Origin: Eledone cirrhosa
Lineage: Eukaryota
Direction of reading: 5' to 3'
Assembly: GCA_964016885.1 (NCBI GenBank)
Contig: OZ024742.1
Coordinates: 296,608,001 to 296,672,000, forward strand
Length of the DNA stretch: 64,000 nt
Part shown: in pieces, positions 53,609-64,000 of the stretch
How the letters are laid out: every line of letters begins with the position of its first letter
Numbering within the stretch: position 1 is the first letter of the stretch
The notes under the pieces: model-generated
The model's database searches: none
The model's input: the letters and a program-made list of their open reading frames with translations, nothing else
Told to the model about the DNA's origin: nothing
Translations under genes and position numbers: made by a program

Positions 53609-54882
53609 TTCCATCATCTTCGTCATCTTAACCGCATCAACATTTTCATATCTGTTTTTCATGCTAGCATTGATTGGACAAGTCTTCTCTAACATGGTAT
53701 CTCAGCACCCACTGCATTCTTGTGTCATCTCCTTTGTGAGGTGCAGCATACTGAGTTCCTGTTTCACCAATTCTACTCTTACTTTCCTTACTTTCACTAC
53801 TTTCTTCCATTTCTATCTCTTGGCACTTCTTTACACAACCTTTTTTTATATTATTGCTTAGTTAGGTTCTCAGAGACTGGTATGGGAGCAAGAGAGAGGA
53901 GGTATCCTCAAAGTGAAAACCTGGTCCTAATGGTTACTAGAGAATTAACTCCACTAAAGACCCTCACAAGAGTCAGGTAGTGGTAGTGCACTTGATGTTG
54001 GATTAAGTCTTCAACCCAAGTAGGCAACAGAATTAGCATACTTAGAATATATAGAGCTGAAATAAATATTACAAGGCACTGTAAATTGGTCGTGCTGGTG
54101 ACTCTACAAAAAGCACCTGATACTCACTGTAAATGAGGTTGGTGTTAGGAAAGACATCCAGCTGTAGAAGCCAAGCCAAAATCAGTTCTGTATGTGCAAG
54201 ATCAATTGACCTAGCATTACCCACAACAGGACAACCCATCTAACCCATGCCAGCATGGAAAAATTGATGTAAAATGGTGATGATGATGAAACCATCTCAG
54301 TTGATGCTCTAAATCTTCTGCAAATGTACCCCCCCCCCCCGGGCATACACCATGTTTCTTAGTGTGTAATGTGGCTTGAGTATTATATGACCCCTGTTTA
54401 TGAAGCAGAAAACAAAATAGAAGTATATTACATACATCCTCATATGTTATATAACTCTGGAGAACAGCCATGTTTATGTACAGCTTTTGTAAACTTATAC
54501 CATGTTATCAATAAAAATCTCAATTTCACACATATTTTCATTACAATATTCAATTTCTTATGATGTTATAACATTTCTAGTAATTTTCTTTAAGGTGTTA
54601 ATCAAGATAACATACTTTTCTGTTTGATATGATTTTACTATTTTTTGTATATATTAATAAGTTTATATAAATAAAATAAATCTAATTATATTTATTTCAA
54701 CAATACTGTCATGTTTCTGCTTTAAGATTTATTATCTTTTGTAGCCACAGAGTGTATTTGCAAATTTCTATTTTTAACCTCAGTAAAATTATCCTGCCTT
54801 TATTTTGCCTGAAATTATAGTTAACAAATTTCTTGCTTTATACATACAAAAATATAGTACTATATTTTACCAAACCTAAAAG

Positions 54883-55073
54883 ATGAAATCGGTGACTTCC
54901 AGCGTTCTTGGCCCCCAGAGCACATCCCTACTCACTGCTATTGGAGTGGAGTTGGTCACCTGCAGGTGCAAGCTCTACGAGGTGGAGTGGCTATTCCAGT
55001 GCATCTCCCGCACCATCCTCTGGGGCAATGGATCCTCCATCCTGTCATGTCAGCCAGGACCCAGAGGCAGAGA
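54883..55073 (+). CDS. Candidate 191-nt exon, gene unknown
   Basis: Sharp GC-rich non-repetitive block in very AT-rich DNA, bounded by aag/ and /gtaagt; two frames open ((D)EIGDFQRSWPPEHIPTHCYW...; MKSVTSSVLGPQ...); no homology recognised. Confidence 0.45.
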
Positions 55074-56029
55074 GTAAGTTAGTTAGAGGTGGAGGATACT
55101 CATTCGGGCATCACTTTCTCTCTATTTCTATATGCAGGAATAACTTGAATTCATTAATGCAACTATAAAATTATGTAAAACATTTCAGAAATTCAACATG
55201 TAATACCTGCATATGTACATGTATAGCTACAGAAACCTGTACACATATGCACATATAGCTCAAAAGATGAATGTCAAAGAATTTTCCTTTATACTGTAAT
55301 TGCTCTATTAATTTGCTTCCTACTCACTATCATCTTACCTTGTTAAATAAATAACTGAAAATGAAAATTTTTATAATTTGGGATAATGAATCTGGTTTGC
55401 ATAGGATTATATCAAATGACTGCTTATATCTTGTTAAGGACTTGACAACCTTTTCAGTGTTGGTATCACCCAAAATGCTTCTGATACTCCTTGTAATGTT
55501 AGCATTTTAATGAAGGTAATATAGTTCAGCAAAGACTAAACTGTTCTGAACTATCCAGCTCATGCCAACAAGAAAAAATGGATGTAATGCTATGATGGTG
55601 ATGATGATATCAGGTTATGATGATCTGTCCAGCTGAAGCCAGTATGATCAACAGATGTAAAATGATAATGATGATGAATTATAATGGTGATGCTGATGTC
55701 AATGATGATGATGAATAGGAATAGGAGAATGGCAACAATAACAATGATGATGATGGCGGTGGTGGTTGTGGAGGTGGTTTGTAAGAAAAGCTAAAGATTT
55801 AAAAAAAAGTTTATCCTAGACGTGACCATATTTTCAGATAGAGTCAATACAATTCTGCTGGAATCAGACCAAACTATGTCTGACTTAATAGCAGCACCTG
55901 ATTAATGATTGTAATAATTGAAGTTGATTTTCATTGCTCAATCAAGCAATTTGCATATATATAACTTGTGCAACATCTCAAACAATCTTTCATAGTATGT
56001 TAGTTTAAAGACTACCACAACTTTATCAT

Positions 56030-56410
56030 CAACCAACATCATTGCCTCCACTCAACCTCATCAGCATAACACTCATCACCACCACTATCACCATCACCAT
56101 CATTATCTTCTTCTTCTTCAACACCACCATCACAATTCCCCACCAGTAGCAACAATTTCTACTGCCATCATCCCCAACAATAACACTGTCCCCACTGTAT
56201 CACCACCAATACCACCTCCACCTAACCACTATCACCACTAAATGCATCATGAGATACCCCCTATCCCATCTATTAACTCCATCATGACCACAAACACCAG
56301 CCACAACAACAATACTAATAAAACCATCATCACAACAACAGCACCATCTCCACTACCAGCATCCTAACCAACACAACTACCTACCATCACCACTACCACC
56401 ATTATTTCTA
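56030..56410. repeat. Degenerate (ACC/ATC)n low-complexity tract
   Basis: Sequence composition. Confidence 0.85.
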
Positions 56411-56447
56411 CCACATTCTTCTTCATTAGTTATTTTTCAATCTCCAG

Positions 56448-56502
<55 letters not shown>

Positions 56503-57094
56503 AGAAAGATGGGAAGAGAGAGACCAAGAATCAAAGAGGGAGGGAGAAAGATAGAATGAGACAGGTAGACATAGAGCGGTGGAGAGAGAAAAAAACAATT
56601 TCTTTTCCAGTTTTTAATCATTGAAATGTTGGCAGACGAAAATATTGATAGATAAATAGAAAGTCTTGGAAAGTGTAAGATTGTTCAATTTATATTTATC
56701 AAAGATCAATTTCTGGGGTGTATTTGATGCACCAGAGAATCTTCTAGAAAAATTACAGTATTTTGGAATTGGTATTTCTTCCTTATTCCCTAACAAATAT
56801 GATTACATCCAAAGCAAGAATACACACTTTCTATTCCTCATGCTCATACAATAGAAAAACACAAGGAGCTATAGATCAGAGGTTCTGAAACTTTCAGGAC
56901 CATTGCCGCCCCCTCATGGCCACGTAACACCTTCTCAGTGCTCTCCAAACCTATTTCCAGAGAGACCTGCCTACATGCAAATTGTAAATAATATACAACA
57001 CATGACCCAGACATTTTAAACCATTTATCTTTACAACATTCATCATTGGTTCTATTGCCATCATTTTCTGCAATTCATTATTTCTCTTCCTCTC

Positions 57095-57231
57095 AGCATA
57101 GTTACGTCCCTTTACGATCTGATTTTAAATCCCGCCGAGGTTGACTTTGCCTTTCATCCTTACGGGGTCGATAAAATAAAGTACCAGTAATGCACTGGGT
57201 AATTGCTGGCCTTGTGCCTAAAGTAGAAACA
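57095..57231 (+). mobile_element. Young SINE family B insertion with an 18-bp TSD, inside a decayed minus-strand RTE
   Basis: TSD attatttctcttcctctc at 57077-57094 and 57232-57249; host reads QQRRPEKMEVRMVWWMSKVSLKER. Confidence 0.9.
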
Positions 57232-58898
57232 ATTATTTCTCTTCCTCTCTCTTTGAGTGATACTTTGCTCATCCACCAAACCATTCTCACTTCCATTTTT
57301 TCTGGCCTTCTCTGTTGCTTCATATTCCTCACCTATGTCTCAGTCCCATAAATTATGACATTTATCACAAATGTAGCACACACCTTTTCATTCATTTTAG
57401 CAATATATCCATCCTCATTAGCACACCATTAATTTACCAGAACTTCTTCCATACACATCTCACCCTCGCCACTGTTACAATCACCAAGACTAATCCAGCT
57501 TAACCATTCAGAATGTCTCCTAGGAACAAAAATGCCATACCTTTCATCTTCACATCATTTCCAAGATCACATTCAACATCATCTCCATCTGTAGATCCTC
57601 CATATATACACCTTATTCTTAAATGTACCAACAACATAAGTATTTTAGGCCTTTTTCTCTGCTAAGTCCTTGTAGGCCCCTTGACAAGCTTAATACTCAC
57701 CATAAGATATTTTTGGGGGAAAAGGTTTATGGCTAGATACCCTTCCTGATACCAAATCCTTTAGTAATCTCTTATGACATACAGGGTTATGGTGTACCTA
57801 TTCTAAACTTTAATTCTGCTTTTGTTGTCATTCTTATGTTACCAAAGTTTGTTTGTCAGCAAACTTTGTTGTTCTCTTTGTGAGTCCATTTACACTGTAG
57901 CTGTCATATTATCTAATAATCCTCACATACCACTACATTTCAATGTACTTAATCAGCAAACACGAAGTCATCAAATCTGGTATTAATTTTCACTAAAGAT
58001 GTTTAAAACCTTATTTATTAGTATTTGAAAGATTTCTCTGACTTGATATTATATCTTGAATAGAATGTTTTCTCTTATTGAAATGTTTGCACTCTTTTTA
58101 TCTTCTTTTCATACTAAATATCATATGGTAGACTTCTTCCCTCTCTCCTCAGCAGTGGTATTAATTTCTAATTAATATCAGCATCACAACTGATACCATC
58201 TAATCATTAATATTTGTTCAAATCTAACAGTTCTTGCAGTCAAACTTGGAATTTTTGCTTTAGCTTTATTTTGAATTTTATTGCTATTTACTCTGAATCT
58301 CTGAAATGTTTGTAAATTTTATCAACAATCAGAGAATTATTTAGGTTAAATTTCTAATTTTTACAGTCATGACAAAATAAAAATTTGAAAACAGTCTAAA
58401 ATGCTTGAGGTTAGTGAAGCTTTCATTACTGATTGACAATTTATATAAATCTGCAATATTTCAGTCTACTTGAGGAAACTATGTTATTAGATCTTGATCT
58501 ACATACGCTAAAAATAAAATCATTTATTTTTAATTATCTAATAAATGATTTCACACTGTATTGATACATTAGATAGATGATGCATCAAGATCCCAGCAGA
58601 CAGAATAGCAAATGTGTTTCCCCTAGAGGACTGTGAGGAACAACTGATGAAAGAGCTGGTCCAAATATTTTTGTAAATGGCCATCTCCATCTCTATCCCA
58701 GTAAGTAGAGAGATGATTTGGTGAACCAGGATGCTTAATGCATTTAATCTTAATGCATTCAACAATAAACCTCCTGTTGATGAGTAATACTGAAAATTGA
58801 CATGGGTACTAAATTTCTATCTTAGACTAAGTCATTAGAAAGATAAATCAGAAAAAGATAAGGCATAAGATATAGTATTAGTATAAGTGAATGGTAGT

Positions 58899-59052
58899 CA
58901 GTGCCGGATTTAGGACAAGTTAAGTTATGAGGCCCCTTACTAGCACCCTGAAGAAGGTAAAAAAAAAATTTCAGTAGGAAAATGTCTCTTCCCCCTGGCC
59001 AACGGGGCCCTGTGCTTAAGCACACCTAAGCACAATGGTAAATCCACCAGTG
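58899..59052. mobile_element. hAT-type MITE (154 bp)
   Basis: Imperfect TIRs cagtgccggattta...taaatccaccagtg; perfect 8-bp TSD atggtagt. Confidence 0.85.
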
Positions 59053-59531
59053 ATGGTAGTGATTAAATCACCTCTGGCTCTATGATACAAAACTGACCAA
59101 TTAATGTATTTCTATTTATCTGAAATCATTCCATCAGAATTCTATGCAAGAACATTTAAGTTATGTTCCAAACACCAAGGAAGTTATTCTAAAACAACTA
59201 CTCCACAAGATTGAAATAGTAGCAGCCTGTCTAAAGAAGATACCCTGCGAGGTGGGGTGGCAGTTGCAGCATGTGTCACTGGCCATTGTCTGCAGAAATG
59301 CTTTTGCAGTTTTGTCCAGAGAGTGTAGCCCCAACATCACTGCACCTTAGGCCCAGAATTCATCATCATCTCCTCTTCCTCCTCCTTTTCTTCTGTGGCC
59401 CTAGAATCCTTGCTTTTCCCCCCCTTTTCCTTTCATTTATAGCTTTTATAGTCCTTTCCTCTACTTTCCAATACAGTCAGATCTGCCCTTCTTTACCCCT
59501 TCCCCATTTGTAATGTTATTTATTACTTAAA

Positions 59532-60017
59532 CTAGCAGAAAAACAACACTTCAGGTGGTTTTCTGCTAGCATGTGTAGTGGGTATATTGATATTATACGC
59601 AAGTATCTATGCATCTAGATATAATACATCAAATAAAATCGTAATTGACAATATACACAGAAATTGAACGAAGACTGTGTTACACAGTCTTATGTAATCA
59701 GTAACGTAATCCATGATACATTAAAAAAAGACGATATTATATATAATCTGCATTAGGAGAAAATTAGTGATGGAAATATATAAATGTTTATTTAAGTGAT
59801 CGCTAACCAGAAGTGTTGACATTTGAAAATTAAAAAAAATGAATCTTAAAATAAGCAACAATATTATTTATATATAATCAAGAATAACGAAATTTAGGAG
59901 ATAAATTATGTAATATTCATTTATTATTTATTCAAAGTAATCCAACTTATTTTACAAACGGGATAAAAAATATATTCTGGATGCAGTTCTGCACTCTTTA
60001 CTTTATTATAGTTTAGA
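59532..60017 (-). mobile_element. Probable non-autonomous Helitron
   Basis: a-CTAG end with hairpin ctagcagaaaa...ttttctgctag; other end reads a-TCtaaactataataaag on the minus strand. Confidence 0.5.
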
Positions 60018-60018
60018 T

Positions 60019-60342
60019 AATTGTTTCTACTTTTGGCACAAGTCCAGTAATTATCCCAGTGCATTACTGGTACTTTATTTTATCGACCCCATAAGGATGA
60101 AAGGCAAAGTTAACCTTGGTCGGATTTGAACTCAGACCGTAAAAGAGCGTAACTCTATGCTGCAAAGCATGGCATCCGATTCTCTACTGATACTGCCAAT
60201 CCACCACCATGCTTAAATAATTGTTTCTACTTTTGGCACAAGGCCAGCAATTACCCAGTACATTACTGGTACTTTATTATATTGACCCCATAAGGATGAA
60301 AGGCAAAGTTAACCTCGACGGGATTTGAACTCAGACTGTAAA
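60019..60342 (-). mobile_element. Two tandem SINE family B copies
   Basis: 60019-60209 (with head) and 60218-60342. Confidence 0.88.
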
Positions 60343-63029
60343 AATGTTATCTATTTTATTAAAAATTTCTCCAAATTTTTTATTATTTTCCAAGTTATTT
60401 GCAATGCATAGGCCATGGATTTCATTAGAAATAAGGTCACAAAAGGGTTAAATAAATGTAATAGATATAATATAGTGATTTTCAATAAATGTATAAGTCC
60501 TTAAATGTGTTTAGAAAAGATTGCAATCATATTTTTCGATTTCTATTTCATTACTTCTGGTGTGTTGTAGCAATTTAGCTGGGGCAGAATATAATTTTAG
60601 ACATTCCCAAAATAATCTCTACTTTAAGAATTTCACATTATATTTAGTGATGAATGCTTGTTGAAGCTCCTTGAAAATGGAAGGAAATAAATTGAGGATG
60701 GTTAGTGTGTAAACAGCAATTTTCGTGTTAACATGTTATATTTATATGATTATATAAATATAAGTACACTGAATTTTGTATTGATTTTTAGTAAATTAGT
60801 AGAAGTAAGGAGCAGGATATCGAATGAGGATGACTTGAAGTAATTTTTTTAGAACTTTACTCCAGCCGTGACTATACCTTCCACTTTCTACTCACATATA
60901 TATGCTATTCCTCTGGGCAGAGCCATTACAGCATAGGAATAGTTGCTTTTCAGAGTCAATAATAATAGAAATAGCCCAGTTAGGTGAATTGGTGGAATTG
61001 TTAGAGTTTTAGTTTAGATGCCTTGTGTTATTTGTTCCAGTTATTTATGTTCTGAATTCTTTGAGGTGGGGTGGGGTGGGGGTGATCTCATCTGTTGGTC
61101 TGTTTAAAGCTACTATCTGGTCCATGGATGCCTTTTTACATCCTATTCTGTTTTCAAGATTGGCTCAACCATCTGCGAATGCGGAGAGGAGGACCATAGG
61201 ATGCAGCACTGCCTTGTTTGCCCTCTACTACCCAACCAGTGCAGCTTAAAAGATCTCGCAGAATTTAATAATAATGCAAAGGGTTGCGTAAAGAAATGGG
61301 AAACTGTCATATAACCACATGCTTCGAAGATAGGAAAAGAAGAAGGTTGCGAGTTATCACTTTTCCATTCATTGACTCAATACTCAGTCTAATACTTTAG
61401 AGAAGATATATAAATATACATACGAAAAGCACAATATATTTACATACACACATGTGAATGTTTGTGTGTGTGTGTGTGTAAACCTGGTTCACTTAGAAAT
61501 TGAGAATTGTTTAGAGAATTCATTTCTCAGTGATGTTACCAATAAAATCAATTTCAATTGCTCTAGTTCAAATGCATTCTCTCTCTCTCTCACTCTCATT
61601 CCCCTAAGCTCACCTGTTCTCTCACTCACTCCTTCTCTCTCTCTCTCTCTATCTCTCTCTGTTTCTACATATCTTTCGACTTCTTCAGGCACTAATAACA
61701 ATTCAACATTAAGTTATCGAATTGTGAATGTGGTTGGGTGAGAGGGGGATAGGAATTAATGTGGAGTGAGGTAGATAATGGGGAAGACCAAGAAAGTCAT
61801 AGCTGGGAATGATAGAGGAGGAAAGGAAAATACAGCCAAAAGAATAAAATGGAGATGCTTATCACACAAATCCTTTCACTCACAAGGCTAATCTCTGCTA
61901 TAGCAAAAAAAAAATGGCTTTAAAACACTAACTTTCATTGTCATTGTTGTTGTTGTCTCTCTCAGCTATCCATCATTATAAACATATCTAATCCAACTCA
62001 TATTTTGCCAGTAACCAGAATCGCTAACTCAAGTCCTCTTGAGCCACCATCAGATGATAGGAACCATGGTTGTATTCATACCTAACCACAATCCCACTAC
62101 CTAATTTATCAGGCTTATGGCATGTATCCCATCCTTTTAAACCTTAACTCCCAAGGACCTTAGCACAGCCCTTCTTCCTAAAATACATTTCCATAACAGA
62201 TCCTAGTACAATTAAAATTATATGATTTTTTAATGTCATAAAGTCAACATCTCAGTTGGAATCTGTCTTCCATTTAGCACATAAGCCTATTACCACATAA
62301 CAGAGCTTTTACGTCTACCACCCAAGTAACACAGGATTTAAGCCTATTACTTATGTAGCACCGACTCCTGCAATCGTTGCACATAATTCACCATGTTCAT
62401 CAGTTAGCTTGGACTCAACATCTCTTGGCCAGACACTTAGCAGATACTTTGCCAGGAAGGCTAAACAAGGAGATCCCTCTATAATTGGAACAATCTCTCT
62501 TGTTTCCCTTCTTGAAACTCGAGGTTATCACTCCCAATTGCCATTGCTTAGTTGCATTTCCAGATATCCAGGCCACCTCTATTTAAGGCTTTTAAAATCT
62601 CGAGCTGAATTTCATCTTCCCCAGATACCTTGCCTCATTTGAGCTCTTTAACTGCTCTTGCAACCTCAGCTTCCAAGAGATTAGTTACCACTCCCAGATG
62701 CACCTTATGCATCAGGGATGTAGCTACAATGAGGCAAGTAAAGGCTACCTCTAAGAAAGCCTTGTTTTCTACTGAGAAAAGTAGTAAATTGATGACAGGC
62801 ACAAATAAGACAACTAAAAACATTGCAATATGGCCAAAAATATTATTATTATTAATGCAAGATAATAAGAGATGTATTCAGACCTTATGTAGAGGAGCAT
62901 GTTCAAAAAATATATTGCAGTCTCTGTCCAATGCTGCAAGAACTGGCAACAAGCCTGCAACTTATTCTGGGAGGTGTGGGATGGATGTACAAAGGTTACA
63001 TATCCTGAGATCCGAAAGAGGGTCCAGAA

Positions 63030-64000
63030 GAGAACAAACTTTGCCAATTGCTAACTGTAACATTAAAACATAATAATCCTTACAGGCAATAAACAGGAAC
63101 TAATGAAGGTGGCCAGATGCTACTGGTTAGATATAGTCAGGATTTCCTCAGCAAAATTCTGTGGTTCTGGTACTGTAGATTTAGATGGAGCATGGAGGTG
63201 CGACTAATTGTGTGTGGCACCAGATAGGGCAGCACAGGAATGCAGGTACTCACAGCCCCTGGCTGTCAGAAATGTGTTATGGACTCAATTCCATTGGGAG
63301 GGAGGATTTTCCTCCTGAAGCTTAGACTGAAAGAAAGGTCTCTGTGGGTGGTGCAAGTTCATGCACCAAACGAGGAGTCTAAATACAGGTCTTTCCTTGA
63401 TGAATTCACTGCAGCCTTATATGAAGTTAAGACTGAGTCATATATTTTAAAGGGAGACATCAATGCACATGTTGGCATTGACCACCTGACATGGAAATTT
63501 GATATTAGAAGGAACAGTGATACCAATCTAAATAATAACGGAAAGACTTATCAGACTTCTAGTAATGGGCTCTCTATTGTGAACACCTTCATCTAGACAA
63601 AGACATCCATAAATACACATGGTATAAGTGGAATTGGGGACAAAGCTCAATAAATAATTTTGTTATTGTATCTGATCTCTTTGCTTCTGTACTGGAAGTT
63701 CATGTTAAGAGAGTGACTGAGATGTCAATTGATCATCATTTAGTTATTTGCAGCCAACGACTACCCAAAGCCAAGAAAGCCCACAAAATGTGCAGATCCA
63801 GCAAAACCTACAGGATAAAGTGGGAAGCACTGGTGGATAAGGAAGAACAGGTATGTGAATACTATTGCATTCTAATTCAAAGTACTCCCTCAGTGAACTG
63901 AGGACATTGAAATGGAGTGGATCCTATTCAGCTTGGCAGTTTCTGGTTTAGCTATTAAATGCTGTGAGTAAAAATGACTTGGTGTGGCAAGAGGAACACT
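63030..64000 (+). mobile_element. RTE (Expander-like) LINE 5' region: decayed apurinic endonuclease domain, runs off the window
   Basis: IANCNI..LTG..QEL....LDIV, VVQVHAPN, KGDINAHVG, LNNNG, IVNTF, HKYTWY, SIDHHLV; stops and frameshifts. Confidence 0.88.

Noticed and set aside
62250-63030. HDV-like ribozyme expected in an RTE 5'UTR
   Set aside because: Could not identify the nested double-pseudoknot pairing by eye

Overview
This is AT-rich eukaryotic DNA, intergenic or intronic and dominated by repeats. The SINE families, (TA)n/(CA)n/(GAT)n microsatellites and LINE/Penelope mix suggest an octopus-like cephalopod genome (inference). No intact host gene is recognisable. There are only a few weak candidate exons, and most listed ORFs are microsatellite artefacts. 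Real coding remnants all belong to mobile elements: Penelope-like elements (PLEs; RT plus GIY-YIG), several RTE-clade LINEs (one family with a PHD finger inside the RT, one with three C-terminal zinc fingers), an R4/Dong-like RLE element, a CR1-like fragment and Tc1/mariner fragments. Non-coding mobile elements include piggyBac- and hAT-type MITEs, Helitron-like elements and tRNA-derived SINEs. The most notable hidden signal is a set of type I hammerhead ribozyme (HHR) motifs: five well-formed and several degenerate. They sit in inverted or tandem PLE-type terminal repeats at (TA)n tracts. Two cases stand out: a non-coding ~437-nt tandem monomer coupling an HHR to a phased octamer (ATGCAAAT) array (retrozyme/newt satellite-2-like), and a 2.7-kb non-coding fold-back element with a canonical HHR in each arm. 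All folds and alignments were done by eye.
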